Source of the DNA: Desulfobacterales bacterium
GTDB lineage: Bacteria; Desulfobacterota; Desulfobacteria; Desulfobacterales; UBA5616
DNA: 27,590 nucleotides
Assembly (NCBI GenBank): GCA_046483495.1
Contig: JAWODC010000083.1
Span: forward strand, 1 to 27,590
Direction of reading: 5' to 3'
Of the stretch, positions 18,499 through 26,181 are shown in pieces. Made by a program: the position numbers and the translations under genes. Below the pieces are notes generated by a model. It saw only the letters and a program-made list of their open reading frames with translations. It did no database searches and had not been told where the DNA came from. Position 1 is the stretch's first letter, and every line of letters begins with the position of its first letter.

Positions 18499-20237
18499 GT
18501 GTCTTTACCTTCGATTCGGGTTTCAGCGTTATCCGCCATGCGGCGCCATGACACTTTGTTCCGCTGCTCTTTTTCGATAATATCCCTCTTTTCATGCAGA
18601 TGAAGCGTCTGGTCCATTTCGTCCTGTTCGGCCTTAAGCTGCGCCCGCAAGTTCTCGATGCGGCTTTCCAATAGTCGCCGTCTGCCCTCGTATTCCCGTA
18701 TTTTGCGATCCATTTTTCGTTGATTTTCGAGCGATTCGGCCTCCTCCAACGCCTGCTGAGCGATACGGGCGGAACCGGTGAGAACGCCTTGCGGACCGGT
18801 GTACACATCCAGTAAATTCACTCCGGAATCGGTCAGCAAAAACTCCCGGATCTGGTTGGAGTGCGCCATTCCCCTTGATTTGATAATATACAGGCCGCGG
18901 TTGCGCTCACCGCTGCTTTCGATTTCATTCAGCATAATCCAGGTGTCCATAAGCGATGAAACACCGACAGCGGTTTCCGCCTCTTCCGCTCGGCTGATGC
19001 TGAGACTCGTAAAAAGGGAGGTGATCATCCGGCTCTTCAGCAGGTCCACCAGGCGCATGAGAACGGCCTTGACATCCTGGGGATTCCCCGCGGATATGAG
19101 ATTGGAAACCGGGTCCAGAATGATTGCCGCGGGTGAAAAGTCGTTGACCATTTTATACATCCCGACCAGATGCATCTCGAGTCCCTCCGACGTGGGCCGG
19201 ACATTGTGGAAATGCAAGAGGCCCTTTTTCACCCACTGCGTAAGATCAGTGCCGATGGATCTCATGTTCCTTATAATCTGTTCACTGGACTCTTCAAAGG
19301 CATAATACAGGCATCGTTCACCGTCCCGGCAGGTTTGATCGGCGAAACAAGCGGAAATGCTCGTCTTTCCTGTTCCCGCAGTACCGGAAACCAGCACACT
19401 GCTTCCCCGGTAAAAACCGCCGCCGAACATCGTATCCAACCGGGGAATACCGGTGGATATGCGCTCGGAGGAGACCGGGTAATCCAGGCTCACCGACGTG
19501 ATGGGCAGCACCGACAGCCCTCCGTCGTCGATCAGGAAGGGGTATTCGTTCGTTCCGTGACTCGAGCCGCGGTACTTGGCCACACGAAGGCGACGGGTGG
19601 AAATCTGGTTTTCGAGCCGGTGGTCCAAAATCACCACGCAGTCGGATACGTATTCTTCGATGCCATGGCGGGTTAGGGATCCCTGCTTTTCCCCCCGCTC
19701 GGCGGTGATAACCGCCGTAATTTTTCTATCCTTCAACCAGCGAAACAGCCGCCGCAGCTCCGCTCTTAGAATAAAGTCACCGACAAAGCCGGAGAAAAGG
19801 GCCTCCAGCGTATCCAGCACCACGCGTTTGGCTCCGATGGCATCGATGGCATGGCCCAACCGGATGAACAGCCCCTCGAGATCGTATTCGCCGGTCTCTT
19901 CGATTTCGGACCGTTCGATATGGATATAGTCGAGGGCGATTTTTTCTTCTTTTTTGAGATCGTTCAGATCGAATCCCAGCGAGGCGAAGTTCGTCACCAG
20001 GTCGGCTTCGGATTCCTCGAAGCTCATGAATACGCCTGGTTCGCCGAACGCGACGGCGCCGTGCACCAGAAACTCCATTCCAAACAGGGTCTTGCCGCTT
20101 CCGGCGCCTCCGGTAACCAGCGTAGGGCGGCCTCTGGGCAAACCGCCCAGGGTGATTTCGTCAAATCCGCGAATACCGGTAACCGCCTTTTTCAACTCGC
20201 CGCTTTCAGACTGAACGGGGGCCGCATCTTTCATCAA
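18495..20237 (-). CDS. kaiC: KaiC double-domain ATPase/autokinase (KaiC2-type)
   Basis: Two Walker A motifs ([16 protein letters not shown]), two FEE motifs, KYRG and KSRG arginine fingers, phosphosite region GVSSLMDTW, and GVLTGSAR followed by a long coiled-coil tail. Confidence 0.96.
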   Translation of the reverse strand: MMKDAAPVQSESGELKKAVTGIRGFDEITLGGLPRGRPTLVTGGAGSGKTLFGMEFLVHGAVAFGEPGVFMSFEESEADLVTNFASLGFDLNDLKKEEKIALDYIHIERSEIEETGEYDLEGLFIRLGHAIDAIGAKRVVLDTLEALFSGFVGDFILRAELRRLFRWLKDRKITAVITAERGEKQGSLTRHGIEEYVSDCVVILDHRLENQISTRRLRVAKYRGSSHGTNEYPFLIDDGGLSVLPITSVSLDYPVSSERISTGIPRLDTMFGGGFYRGSSVLVSGTAGTGKTSISACFADQTCRDGERCLYYAFEESSEQIIRNMRSIGTDLTQWVKKGLLHFHNVRPTSEGLEMHLVGMYKMVNDFSPAAIILDPVSNLISAGNPQDVKAVLMRLVDLLKSRMITSLFTSLSISRAEEAETAVGVSSLMDTWIMLNEIESSGERNRGLYIIKSRGMAHSNQIREFLLTDSGVNLLDVYTGPQGVLTGSARIAQQALEEAESLENQRKMDRKIREYEGRRRLLESRIENLRAQLKAEQDEMDQTLHLHEKRDIIEKEQRNKVSWRRMADNAETRIEGKDT

Positions 20238-20294
20238 TTTTCCTCCCGCTGCCGAATGTGATTCCGGGCTCAGAACAAAGCTTCAAAGTTAATA

Positions 20295-20323
20295 TTTATA
20301 CACCACTAGATACTGAAATGCAA
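20295..20323 (-). promoter_or_regulatory. Candidate sigma70 promoter for the kaiCBB-kinase operon
   Basis: TTGCAT-N17-TATAAA on the minus strand, about 58 nt upstream of the kaiC start, in an AT-rich spacer. Confidence 0.55.
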
Positions 20324-20324
20324 T

Positions 20325-21044
20325 TCATTTTACGGAAGTGGAACCGGTGTGTCGATTTTCGATGGCCGTGATTGCCCGAACGGCCAGATCATCGATTCGA
20401 AGGGTCTCGAACACCCCGTTTACATAGATGCGAACGGCATGTTCGTCTTTAAGGAGGTTTTTTAACCCGGAAAGATTTACAGGGTTTCTCAACGGCAGTG
20501 CGGCCCAGGCGGACAAGGCACGCTTGAGGGGATCTGTGGATTTGAAAAACGGGTTCAAATGGGGGGCGGCCGCACCCAAAAGCGCCGGCTTAGCGTGCGC
20601 CAACCGCCCTGCCCCCCATAAAAAGCCGCGCTGCAGAACATGATGCTCGAGGTAATTTTGGTCTTCCGCCATAAAGGAAATCAGTATGCTATGGTATTCC
20701 ACGGCCAGATTTTCATTTTGGGCCATGATTTCCCCCATGGCTTCAGGTGACCCCCACCCGATGCCTCCGGATTCATCATTTAAATTCCACATCAGCCGGC
20801 GCATGACTATTCGTGCGGACTCCATGTTTTCCCGGGCCAGATTGTCCACGACCACTCCCATTGCCGAAACGGCCCGCCATTTCAACAACTCGTTTCCGGC
20901 ATATAGAAAAGAGAACAAGGGATTTACGATCCGCCTTCCCGGATACCTCACGATTTCAGAAAACCCCCGATCCAAATCTTCCTCCAGGAGAAGACGCCTT
21001 ATGTTCTCCTTTAGCCGGCGGGTACGTAAAGGACGGTGTTCCAC
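20325..21044 (-). CDS. DVU0298-family HEAT-repeat protein
   Basis: RRLMWNLNDESGGIGWGSPEAMGEI signature and helical repeats. Confidence 0.8.
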   Translation of the reverse strand: MEHRPLRTRRLKENIRRLLLEEDLDRGFSEIVRYPGRRIVNPLFSFLYAGNELLKWRAVSAMGVVVDNLARENMESARIVMRRLMWNLNDESGGIGWGSPEAMGEIMAQNENLAVEYHSILISFMAEDQNYLEHHVLQRGFLWGAGRLAHAKPALLGAAAPHLNPFFKSTDPLKRALSAWAALPLRNPVNLSGLKNLLKDEHAVRIYVNGVFETLRIDDLAVRAITAIENRHTGSTSVK

Positions 21045-21119
21045 TTTATCACCACCGCATTAACGCTGTTGGAGTGCCGGTCATTTGCATCGGATTAATG
21101 TCGAACTCCATGTCGAACC

Positions 21120-21317
21120 TCACGCCTCTTCTTCCTCCCAGTATATACAGCCCGCAGGGCAGTTTTGTATCGCCTCATCCACCTCATCCTCGGGATACGT
21201 GCCACGGGATAGAATTTCAATAAACCCCGAATCGGCAAAACGGAAGACCGAGGGGCACACCGTGGTGCAGACCTCACATCGGATGCAGTCGCCCAGTTCA
21301 ACGTTCGGCTTCTTCAT
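21120..21317 (-). CDS. Single-cluster ferredoxin, 65 aa
   Basis: MKKPNVELGDCIRCEVCTTVCP...NCPAGCI. ATG 21317 preferred over the longer track ORF. Confidence 0.9.
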   Translation of the reverse strand: MKKPNVELGDCIRCEVCTTVCPSVFRFADSGFIEILSRGTYPEDEVDEAIQNCPAGCIYWEEEEA

Positions 21318-22503
21318 GCTGCGCTTCAAAAACGGCACGGGCGATGTTTCGACCGTATGCGATGCATGTCTCCAGGTCGTCCCGGTTTGGAACATACTGA
21401 ATCAGCGGCCCGTCAACGACATCGAAGTTCATGGCCTCCAATTCCGACTTAATTCGTTTTACCGATTCACCGCTCCATCCGTAAGATCCGAAAGCACCGC
21501 CGATCTTATTGAGGGGTTTGAGCCCTTTCATATAGGTCAGCATATCGCTGACCGTTGGGAAAAGGCCGTTGTTCATCGTCGGGCTCCCGACAATCACCGC
21601 CGCCGCATCCAGGATTTCGGTGATCACATCGCTTCTATGCCAGGTCCTCAGGTGCATGGGCCGCACCGCAACGCCCTCGGCGGCGATTCCCTCGGCAATG
21701 GCATTTGCCATCGCCTCCGTGCTGTGCCACATTGTATCGTAAACGACAACCGCCTTTTTTTCGGGAATCTGTCTGCTCCAGGTGACATAGGCGTTTATGA
21801 TTTTTCCAGGGTCGGTGCGCCACAGAATGCCGTGGTCCGGACAAATCATGTCGAATTCAAGCCCCAATTCGGTAACCCGGTCCACCAGCTTCAAAATCAG
21901 CGGCGCATAGAGCAGCAGAATATTAGCGAAATATTTCTTCGCGTGCGGCATGACGGCATCACCGACTTCGTCGTCGAATTTTTCCCAGCCCGCGTAATGC
22001 TGTCCGAATGCATCACTGGAAAACAGGATCTTATCCTCTTTCAGATAGGTGAACATACTGTCCGGCCAGTGCAGCATCCGTGTTTCTAAAAAGATGAGGG
22101 TCCGGCCGCCGATGTCGAGTTCTTCGCCGGACGTAACCGCTTGATAATTGTATTTTCCCGGAAAATGCCGCGACAGGTTTTTATGGCCCATCGTGGAACA
22201 ATACAGCGGTGTGTCTTCACCGATTTTATGCATCACCCGGGGCAGGCCGCCGGAATGGTCCATTTCGGTATGGTTGCTGATCACGATATCGATTTTTTCA
22301 GGGTCGATAATCTCGGATATATTGTCGAGCAGTTCATCGGCGAAGGGGGCTTTTACCGTGTCGATCAAAACATTTTTTTCGCCGACGATCAAAAAAGCGT
22401 TGTACGTCGAACCCATCGGGGTGGAATACCCGTGAAAATCCCTGATATTCCAATCCCGCACCCCCACGTCGTAGACGCCGTTTGCCAGTTTTACAGGTGC
22501 CAT
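21298..22503 (-). CDS. fprA: Flavodiiron protein (FprA / rubredoxin:oxygen oxidoreductase)
   Basis: Metallo-beta-lactamase diiron motifs HTEMDH, HWPD, SSDAFGQH and PDHG; flavodoxin domain TMWHST and FGSYGW. Confidence 0.95.
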   Translation of the reverse strand: MAPVKLANGVYDVGVRDWNIRDFHGYSTPMGSTYNAFLIVGEKNVLIDTVKAPFADELLDNISEIIDPEKIDIVISNHTEMDHSGGLPRVMHKIGEDTPLYCSTMGHKNLSRHFPGKYNYQAVTSGEELDIGGRTLIFLETRMLHWPDSMFTYLKEDKILFSSDAFGQHYAGWEKFDDEVGDAVMPHAKKYFANILLLYAPLILKLVDRVTELGLEFDMICPDHGILWRTDPGKIINAYVTWSRQIPEKKAVVVYDTMWHSTEAMANAIAEGIAAEGVAVRPMHLRTWHRSDVITEILDAAAVIVGSPTMNNGLFPTVSDMLTYMKGLKPLNKIGGAFGSYGWSGESVKRIKSELEAMNFDVVDGPLIQYVPNRDDLETCIAYGRNIARAVFEAQHEEAER

Positions 22504-22541
22504 TTTTTACTCTCTCGTGTAAAAGGTTCTTCTCTCGGGTC

Positions 22542-22579
22542 GATGCCCCTTAGCCGTTTCGAAACATTAAAGGGGCATC
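22542..22579. repeat. Intergenic inverted repeat (hairpin) between rubredoxin and fprA
   Basis: GATGCCCCTT (22542-22551) pairs with AAGGGGCATC (22570-22579). The loop contains the palindrome GTTTCGAAAC. No U-tract follows on the minus strand. Confidence 0.6.
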
Positions 22580-22639
22580 CACGCTTACGGCGATTGCTTC
22601 CGTTTCAGCCGCCCGATGGAAGAAATCATCGAAGATTTT

Positions 22640-22798
22640 CTACTCCTTTTCGAAATCTTCCTTGGGAGCGCCGCATACCGGGCATACCCAGTCATCCGGA
22701 AGATCTTCAAAAGCGGTTCCGGCGCTGATGCCGTTTTCTTCGTCGCCTTGAGCCGGATCATAAACATAACCACAAACCGTACATACGTATTTGTCCAT
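22640..22798 (-). CDS. rub: Rubredoxin, 52 aa
   Basis: Not in the ORF track. Manual translation: [61 protein letters not shown] upstream. Confidence 0.97.
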   Translation of the reverse strand: MDKYVCTVCGYVYDPAQGDEENGISAGTAFEDLPDDWVCPVCGAPKEDFEKE

Positions 22799-22964
22799 CC
22801 TGCACCTCCATTTTCTTCATCGTTTTTAAGGAGAATCCGCCGTCTCCCATCAGAGTCTTCCCTGACTTAGAGAGGGGATCCACACGCCTTTGAATGCTGT
22901 GGCCGGAAATCGAATCCGGCCGCCCGGGCCTTTCCTGCTGTTTCCTCTGTTTTCGACAACGGGA

Positions 22965-23939
22965 TCACGTGACGATTTCGCGGACGAGTTCGGTGACTTT
23001 TTTTTCGATTTCGTCTCTGACATGACGCATCACTTCCACCGGCTTTTCCGCGGGGTCGGGGATATCCCATTCTATGGTCCGGCAGCCGGGAATAAACGGA
23101 CACGCCTCGCCGCACCCCATGTTTACAATGACATCGGGCGGGTTTCGGGTGACTGCCGCATCCAGGTCCGTTGGAATTCGATACGCCATATCGATTCCTT
23201 TTTCTCCCATCACATCCGCCATCACCGCGTTTATCCGGCCTGCCGGCCGTGATCCCGCGCTGTACGCCTCGATCCTGTCGCCGGCCATCATTTGAGCAAA
23301 GGCGCTTGCCATCTGGCTTCGGCATGCATTTTCCACACAGGCGAACAGTATTTTTGTACGATTCAGCATCGGACCCACCAAGCTTTTCACCGCATTGCGG
23401 ATGTCGCCGGAAACATCGGGGTGCTTTTTTATGTCACCAGGGTGTTCGATCCGCCGATAAGTCAGGCTTCCCGCAAATTCAGCGCCGACGGCATCATAGA
23501 AATACTTCATCGTCAGGTGCACCCCTTCGAAGAGATTCTTCCCTTTCGTAGCCCCGACCGCCAGGAAAAAACCCTTTCGCCGGTTTCCTTTTGGATCCGT
23601 AAGATTCAGGCGGTACTTTCTCGCCCAAAACGTCTGGGATCGATCGATTAAGGCCTTTAGTTGGGCGGTAGTGCTGTAAAAAAAAATCGGGGTGCCGATG
23701 ACGATGATGTCGGCCGCTCTCATGAGCGGGTAGATATCGGTCTCCATGTCATCACGAAGCGGACAGAAGCCTTTCTTTTCACACACCATCAACTCCCTGC
23801 AGGGCTCGATTTTCTTATCGCACACCTTCACCAGACGGGTATGCGCCCCCAGGGCTTCTGCTTCCGACAGAAACGTGTTCACCAGATATTCGGTGTTGCC
23901 GTTTTTTCTCGGGCTGCCGTTCAGGCCTAATATGAGCAT
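22965..23939 (-). CDS. Iron-sulfur flavoprotein-like / NADPH-dependent FMN reductase fused to an ArsC/LMW-PTP domain
   Basis: N-terminal GSPRKNGNT, PCRELMVCEKKGFC and TPIFF. C-terminal ILFACVENACRSQMA, SAGS, MGCGEACP and WDIPDP. Confidence 0.88.
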   Translation of the reverse strand: MLILGLNGSPRKNGNTEYLVNTFLSEAEALGAHTRLVKVCDKKIEPCRELMVCEKKGFCPLRDDMETDIYPLMRAADIIVIGTPIFFYSTTAQLKALIDRSQTFWARKYRLNLTDPKGNRRKGFFLAVGATKGKNLFEGVHLTMKYFYDAVGAEFAGSLTYRRIEHPGDIKKHPDVSGDIRNAVKSLVGPMLNRTKILFACVENACRSQMASAFAQMMAGDRIEAYSAGSRPAGRINAVMADVMGEKGIDMAYRIPTDLDAAVTRNPPDVIVNMGCGEACPFIPGCRTIEWDIPDPAEKPVEVMRHVRDEIEKKVTELVREIVT

Positions 23940-24046
23940 CTCGTTCGTCTCCCAACAGTCGGCATCGGGGCGGACGCCCCTTTCTCATCACCGGGGTTTC
24001 GTCCCTTCCATCCACAGGCATCATTTCGCTTTTCCATATTCCTTAT

Positions 24047-24075
24047 ATATTAAACGTAAAAGGTCGTTTGTTCAA
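24047..24075 (-). promoter_or_regulatory. Candidate sigma70 promoter for the Isf::ArsC-rubredoxin-fprA genes
   Basis: TTGAAC-N17-TAATAT on the minus strand in an AT-rich spacer. Confidence 0.4.
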
Positions 24076-24180
24076 TCGTCTTATACCGATTTGTTCGTAA
24101 TAATCACCTCCCGGTGGTTCCGATGTCCTGCGATTGAAACGAACAGTCCGTTATGAGATCCAAAAACGAGCCTTTCAAGA

Positions 24181-24393
24181 TCAGCCTTGTTTTTCGATCC
24201 ACCATCCCTTTTTTATGTGGGCTTTTTTTTCCGCTTCAGCAAGTTTTCTGATTTTGAATGCGGAATCCCTCAGGACGCCATAGAGAATGCCGCAGCCTGT
24301 ATCTTCCCGCTCCGAATCCCCCTGATCCGCCATTCGCATCATTTCCGCCGTCAGGATCAGGGTTTTTCTGATATTTTCATCACAAGGTTTCAC
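24181..24393 (-). CDS. Small hypothetical protein, 70 aa, predicted helical
   Basis: GGGTGGA RBS-like sequence before the GTG start. Protein-like amphipathic sequence ADQGDSEREDTGCGILYGVLRDSAFKIRKLAE..KKGWW. Confidence 0.7.
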   Translation of the reverse strand: MKPCDENIRKTLILTAEMMRMADQGDSEREDTGCGILYGVLRDSAFKIRKLAEAEKKAHIKKGWWIEKQG

Positions 24394-24436
24394 GATATTC
24401 CACCCGAATCGTTTTCAAGCTTTTCAAATAATTCTA

Positions 24437-24453
24437 AACAATTTTCGTGCCAA
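24437..24453 (-). promoter_or_regulatory. Candidate sigma54 (-24/-12) promoter
   Basis: TTGGCACG-AAAA-TTGTT versus the consensus TGGCACG-N4-TTGCW; the -12 C is replaced by T. Lies about 44 nt upstream of the 70-aa ORF. Confidence 0.5.
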
Positions 24454-24985
24454 TCACTTCGAATTCCACCCGAAAACAGCAGAAGACTGCGGCAAAAAAT
24501 GTACAGGGTTTGACAGGAAAATTAAAATGCGGGAATACATTAAGTATTTTTGAGGATTAAAATTTCCCGGTCAACGCCGAATCGAACCGAATCAGCCGTT
24601 TCCGGATGAACACCCTTTAGCGTTTAGAAGGATGATCGTAAAGGTATGAAAAAAATCCGGTTTGCGAGACACTAAAGCCCATGAAGAAAGCCCGGGGATA
24701 TTTCCGAAAAGGTGTAACTTATGCATTTTATAACGAACAAGGCAAAACGACCAAGCGTCTCGATACCATCTTGAGACAGAATTGTCTTTTAGAACACCAT
24801 AGGATTAGAAAAAGGAAAAAACGCCGCGAAGGGGTGAAAGATGCCTGTATCCCAAAAAGGTGACCAACAACGTGACCAAAAACGAATACCTGCAACCGTA
24901 TCAAGTTCCAGCCGCACCGCAGGTGAACCGTCCGGATGTTTATTCGGCGAATCGGGGGGAAAACGACAGTTACCGGAAATGACGA

Positions 24986-25399
24986 TTATTGCCCGTTCTT
25001 GTTTTGCTTGGCAGAACACTCGGGGCAAATACCCAAAAATTCCATGCGATGACCCAGCACCTGGAAATCCGTGTTTTTCTGAACCATGGATTCCAAATGA
25101 TCCATATTCTCCAGGGGAGCATCGATCACTTTGTCACACGTGATGCATCGGACATGGTAATGGTTTTCTGCATTACCGTCGAATCGTCTGACCGAACCGC
25201 CCCATTCCAACCGTTGAATTTCTCCCATCTCGACCAGCGTTTCCAGATTCCGATAAACGGTTCCGAGACTGATTCTGGGAAGATTTTTTCTGACGATTTC
25301 GTAAATCTCATCGGCACTGGGGTGTGACGTCAGTTTTCGAAGTTGTGAAATGATAACCTTTCTTTGCCGTGTAAGTCTCAAGTTGTGCGCCTTTAACAA
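24986..25399 (-). CDS. perR: Fur-family transcriptional regulator, PerR-like
   Basis: RLTRQR, HPSADEIY, SLGTVYRNL, RFD, HYH, CITC, VID and CPEC match the PerR-type ligand set. TTG start at 25399 follows a GGAGGG RBS. Confidence 0.85.
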   Translation of the reverse strand: MLKAHNLRLTRQRKVIISQLRKLTSHPSADEIYEIVRKNLPRISLGTVYRNLETLVEMGEIQRLEWGGSVRRFDGNAENHYHVRCITCDKVIDAPLENMDHLESMVQKNTDFQVLGHRMEFLGICPECSAKQNKNGQ

Positions 25400-25424
25400 G
25401 ATGAACCCTCCAGGAAATTGACCC

Positions 25425-25637
25425 CTATAAGTCAATCCACATATCCGCTTCGTTACCGCAATGCGTGCAGGTAAAAGTTCCCTTGACGGATTCTTTTTTT
25501 TTCGGAGACGGTTCGACTCCGGACGCAGCGTCTTTCTCATGGGCTGCCGAATCCGGCAAAGAGCAGGTTACCACCATCTCGGCCTCATTGCCGCACTTTT
25601 CGCATTTGCAAAGCTTCTCTGTTTTAATCTCGGCCAT
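25425..25637 (-). CDS. Small Cys-rich metal-binding protein with an internal CxxCGNEAxM duplication, 70 aa
   Basis: GGAGG RBS before ATG 25637. Sequence MAEIKTEKLCKCEKCGNEAEM...FTCTHCGNEADMWIDL. Confidence 0.8.
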   Translation of the reverse strand: MAEIKTEKLCKCEKCGNEAEMVVTCSLPDSAAHEKDAASGVEPSPKKKESVKGTFTCTHCGNEADMWIDL

Positions 25638-25671
25638 TCTTTCCTCCATATGATCTTGTCTTTACATATAC

Positions 25672-25699
25672 ATTTTAATAAATCAACTCAAAAATGCAA
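25672..25699 (-). promoter_or_regulatory. Candidate sigma70 promoter for the CxxC protein-perR pair
   Basis: TTGCAT-N16-TAAAAT on the minus strand in a very AT-rich spacer. Confidence 0.5.
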
Positions 25700-25827
25700 A
25701 ATTTCTAACTGTTTTTTTCACTTTTTTACATTTGGACATCCCAAACAGTTTAAAAATGCCTGCTTCCTTGCATTCGACTCAACTGCCGCATGCCCCATTC
25801 CGCAGAGAATTCGATTGGACAAGCCAT

Positions 25828-26082
25828 CTAAACGCCCAAAGCATCTCTGATTTCATTTTCTTTAAACCCGACGATCACCGTATCGCCGATAACGATCGTC
25901 GGAAAAGAGCATTTCGGGTTCAATTTCTTGACATCTTCAATGACGGATTCCCGCCTCTCGCCTTCCAGGCGATCCACATCCACATAATCATAAGCTGTCG
26001 CACATTCCTCGAGAAGCCGTTTCGTGGCGTTGCAGTGACCGCAGGTACTCAACGAATACAGTTTCACGCGTAATTTCGTCAT
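25828..26082 (-). CDS. Glutaredoxin-family (NrdH-like) redoxin
   Basis: YSLSTCGHC active site, cis-Pro motif SFPT, and IVGF. Confidence 0.9.
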   Translation of the reverse strand: MTKLRVKLYSLSTCGHCNATKRLLEECATAYDYVDVDRLEGERRESVIEDVKKLNPKCSFPTIVIGDTVIVGFKENEIRDALGV

Positions 26083-26181
26083 GTGTCCATTTCCTTTCGC
26101 AAGTCAATTTACGTTTAGACCCTTTTCAATGCCTTAAACAGATGAAAACCCGGACAAACGGGGGCTTCTTTCGGTTTGGGA

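Noticed and set aside
21085..22089. 334-aa plus-strand ORF
   Set aside because: Antisense shadow of fprA and the ferredoxin.
25400..25540. N-terminal extension of the Fur-family ORF given in the track (184 aa)
   Set aside because: It overlaps the Cys-rich small gene in another frame. A GGAGGG RBS and TTG at 25399 give a normal-length Fur protein.
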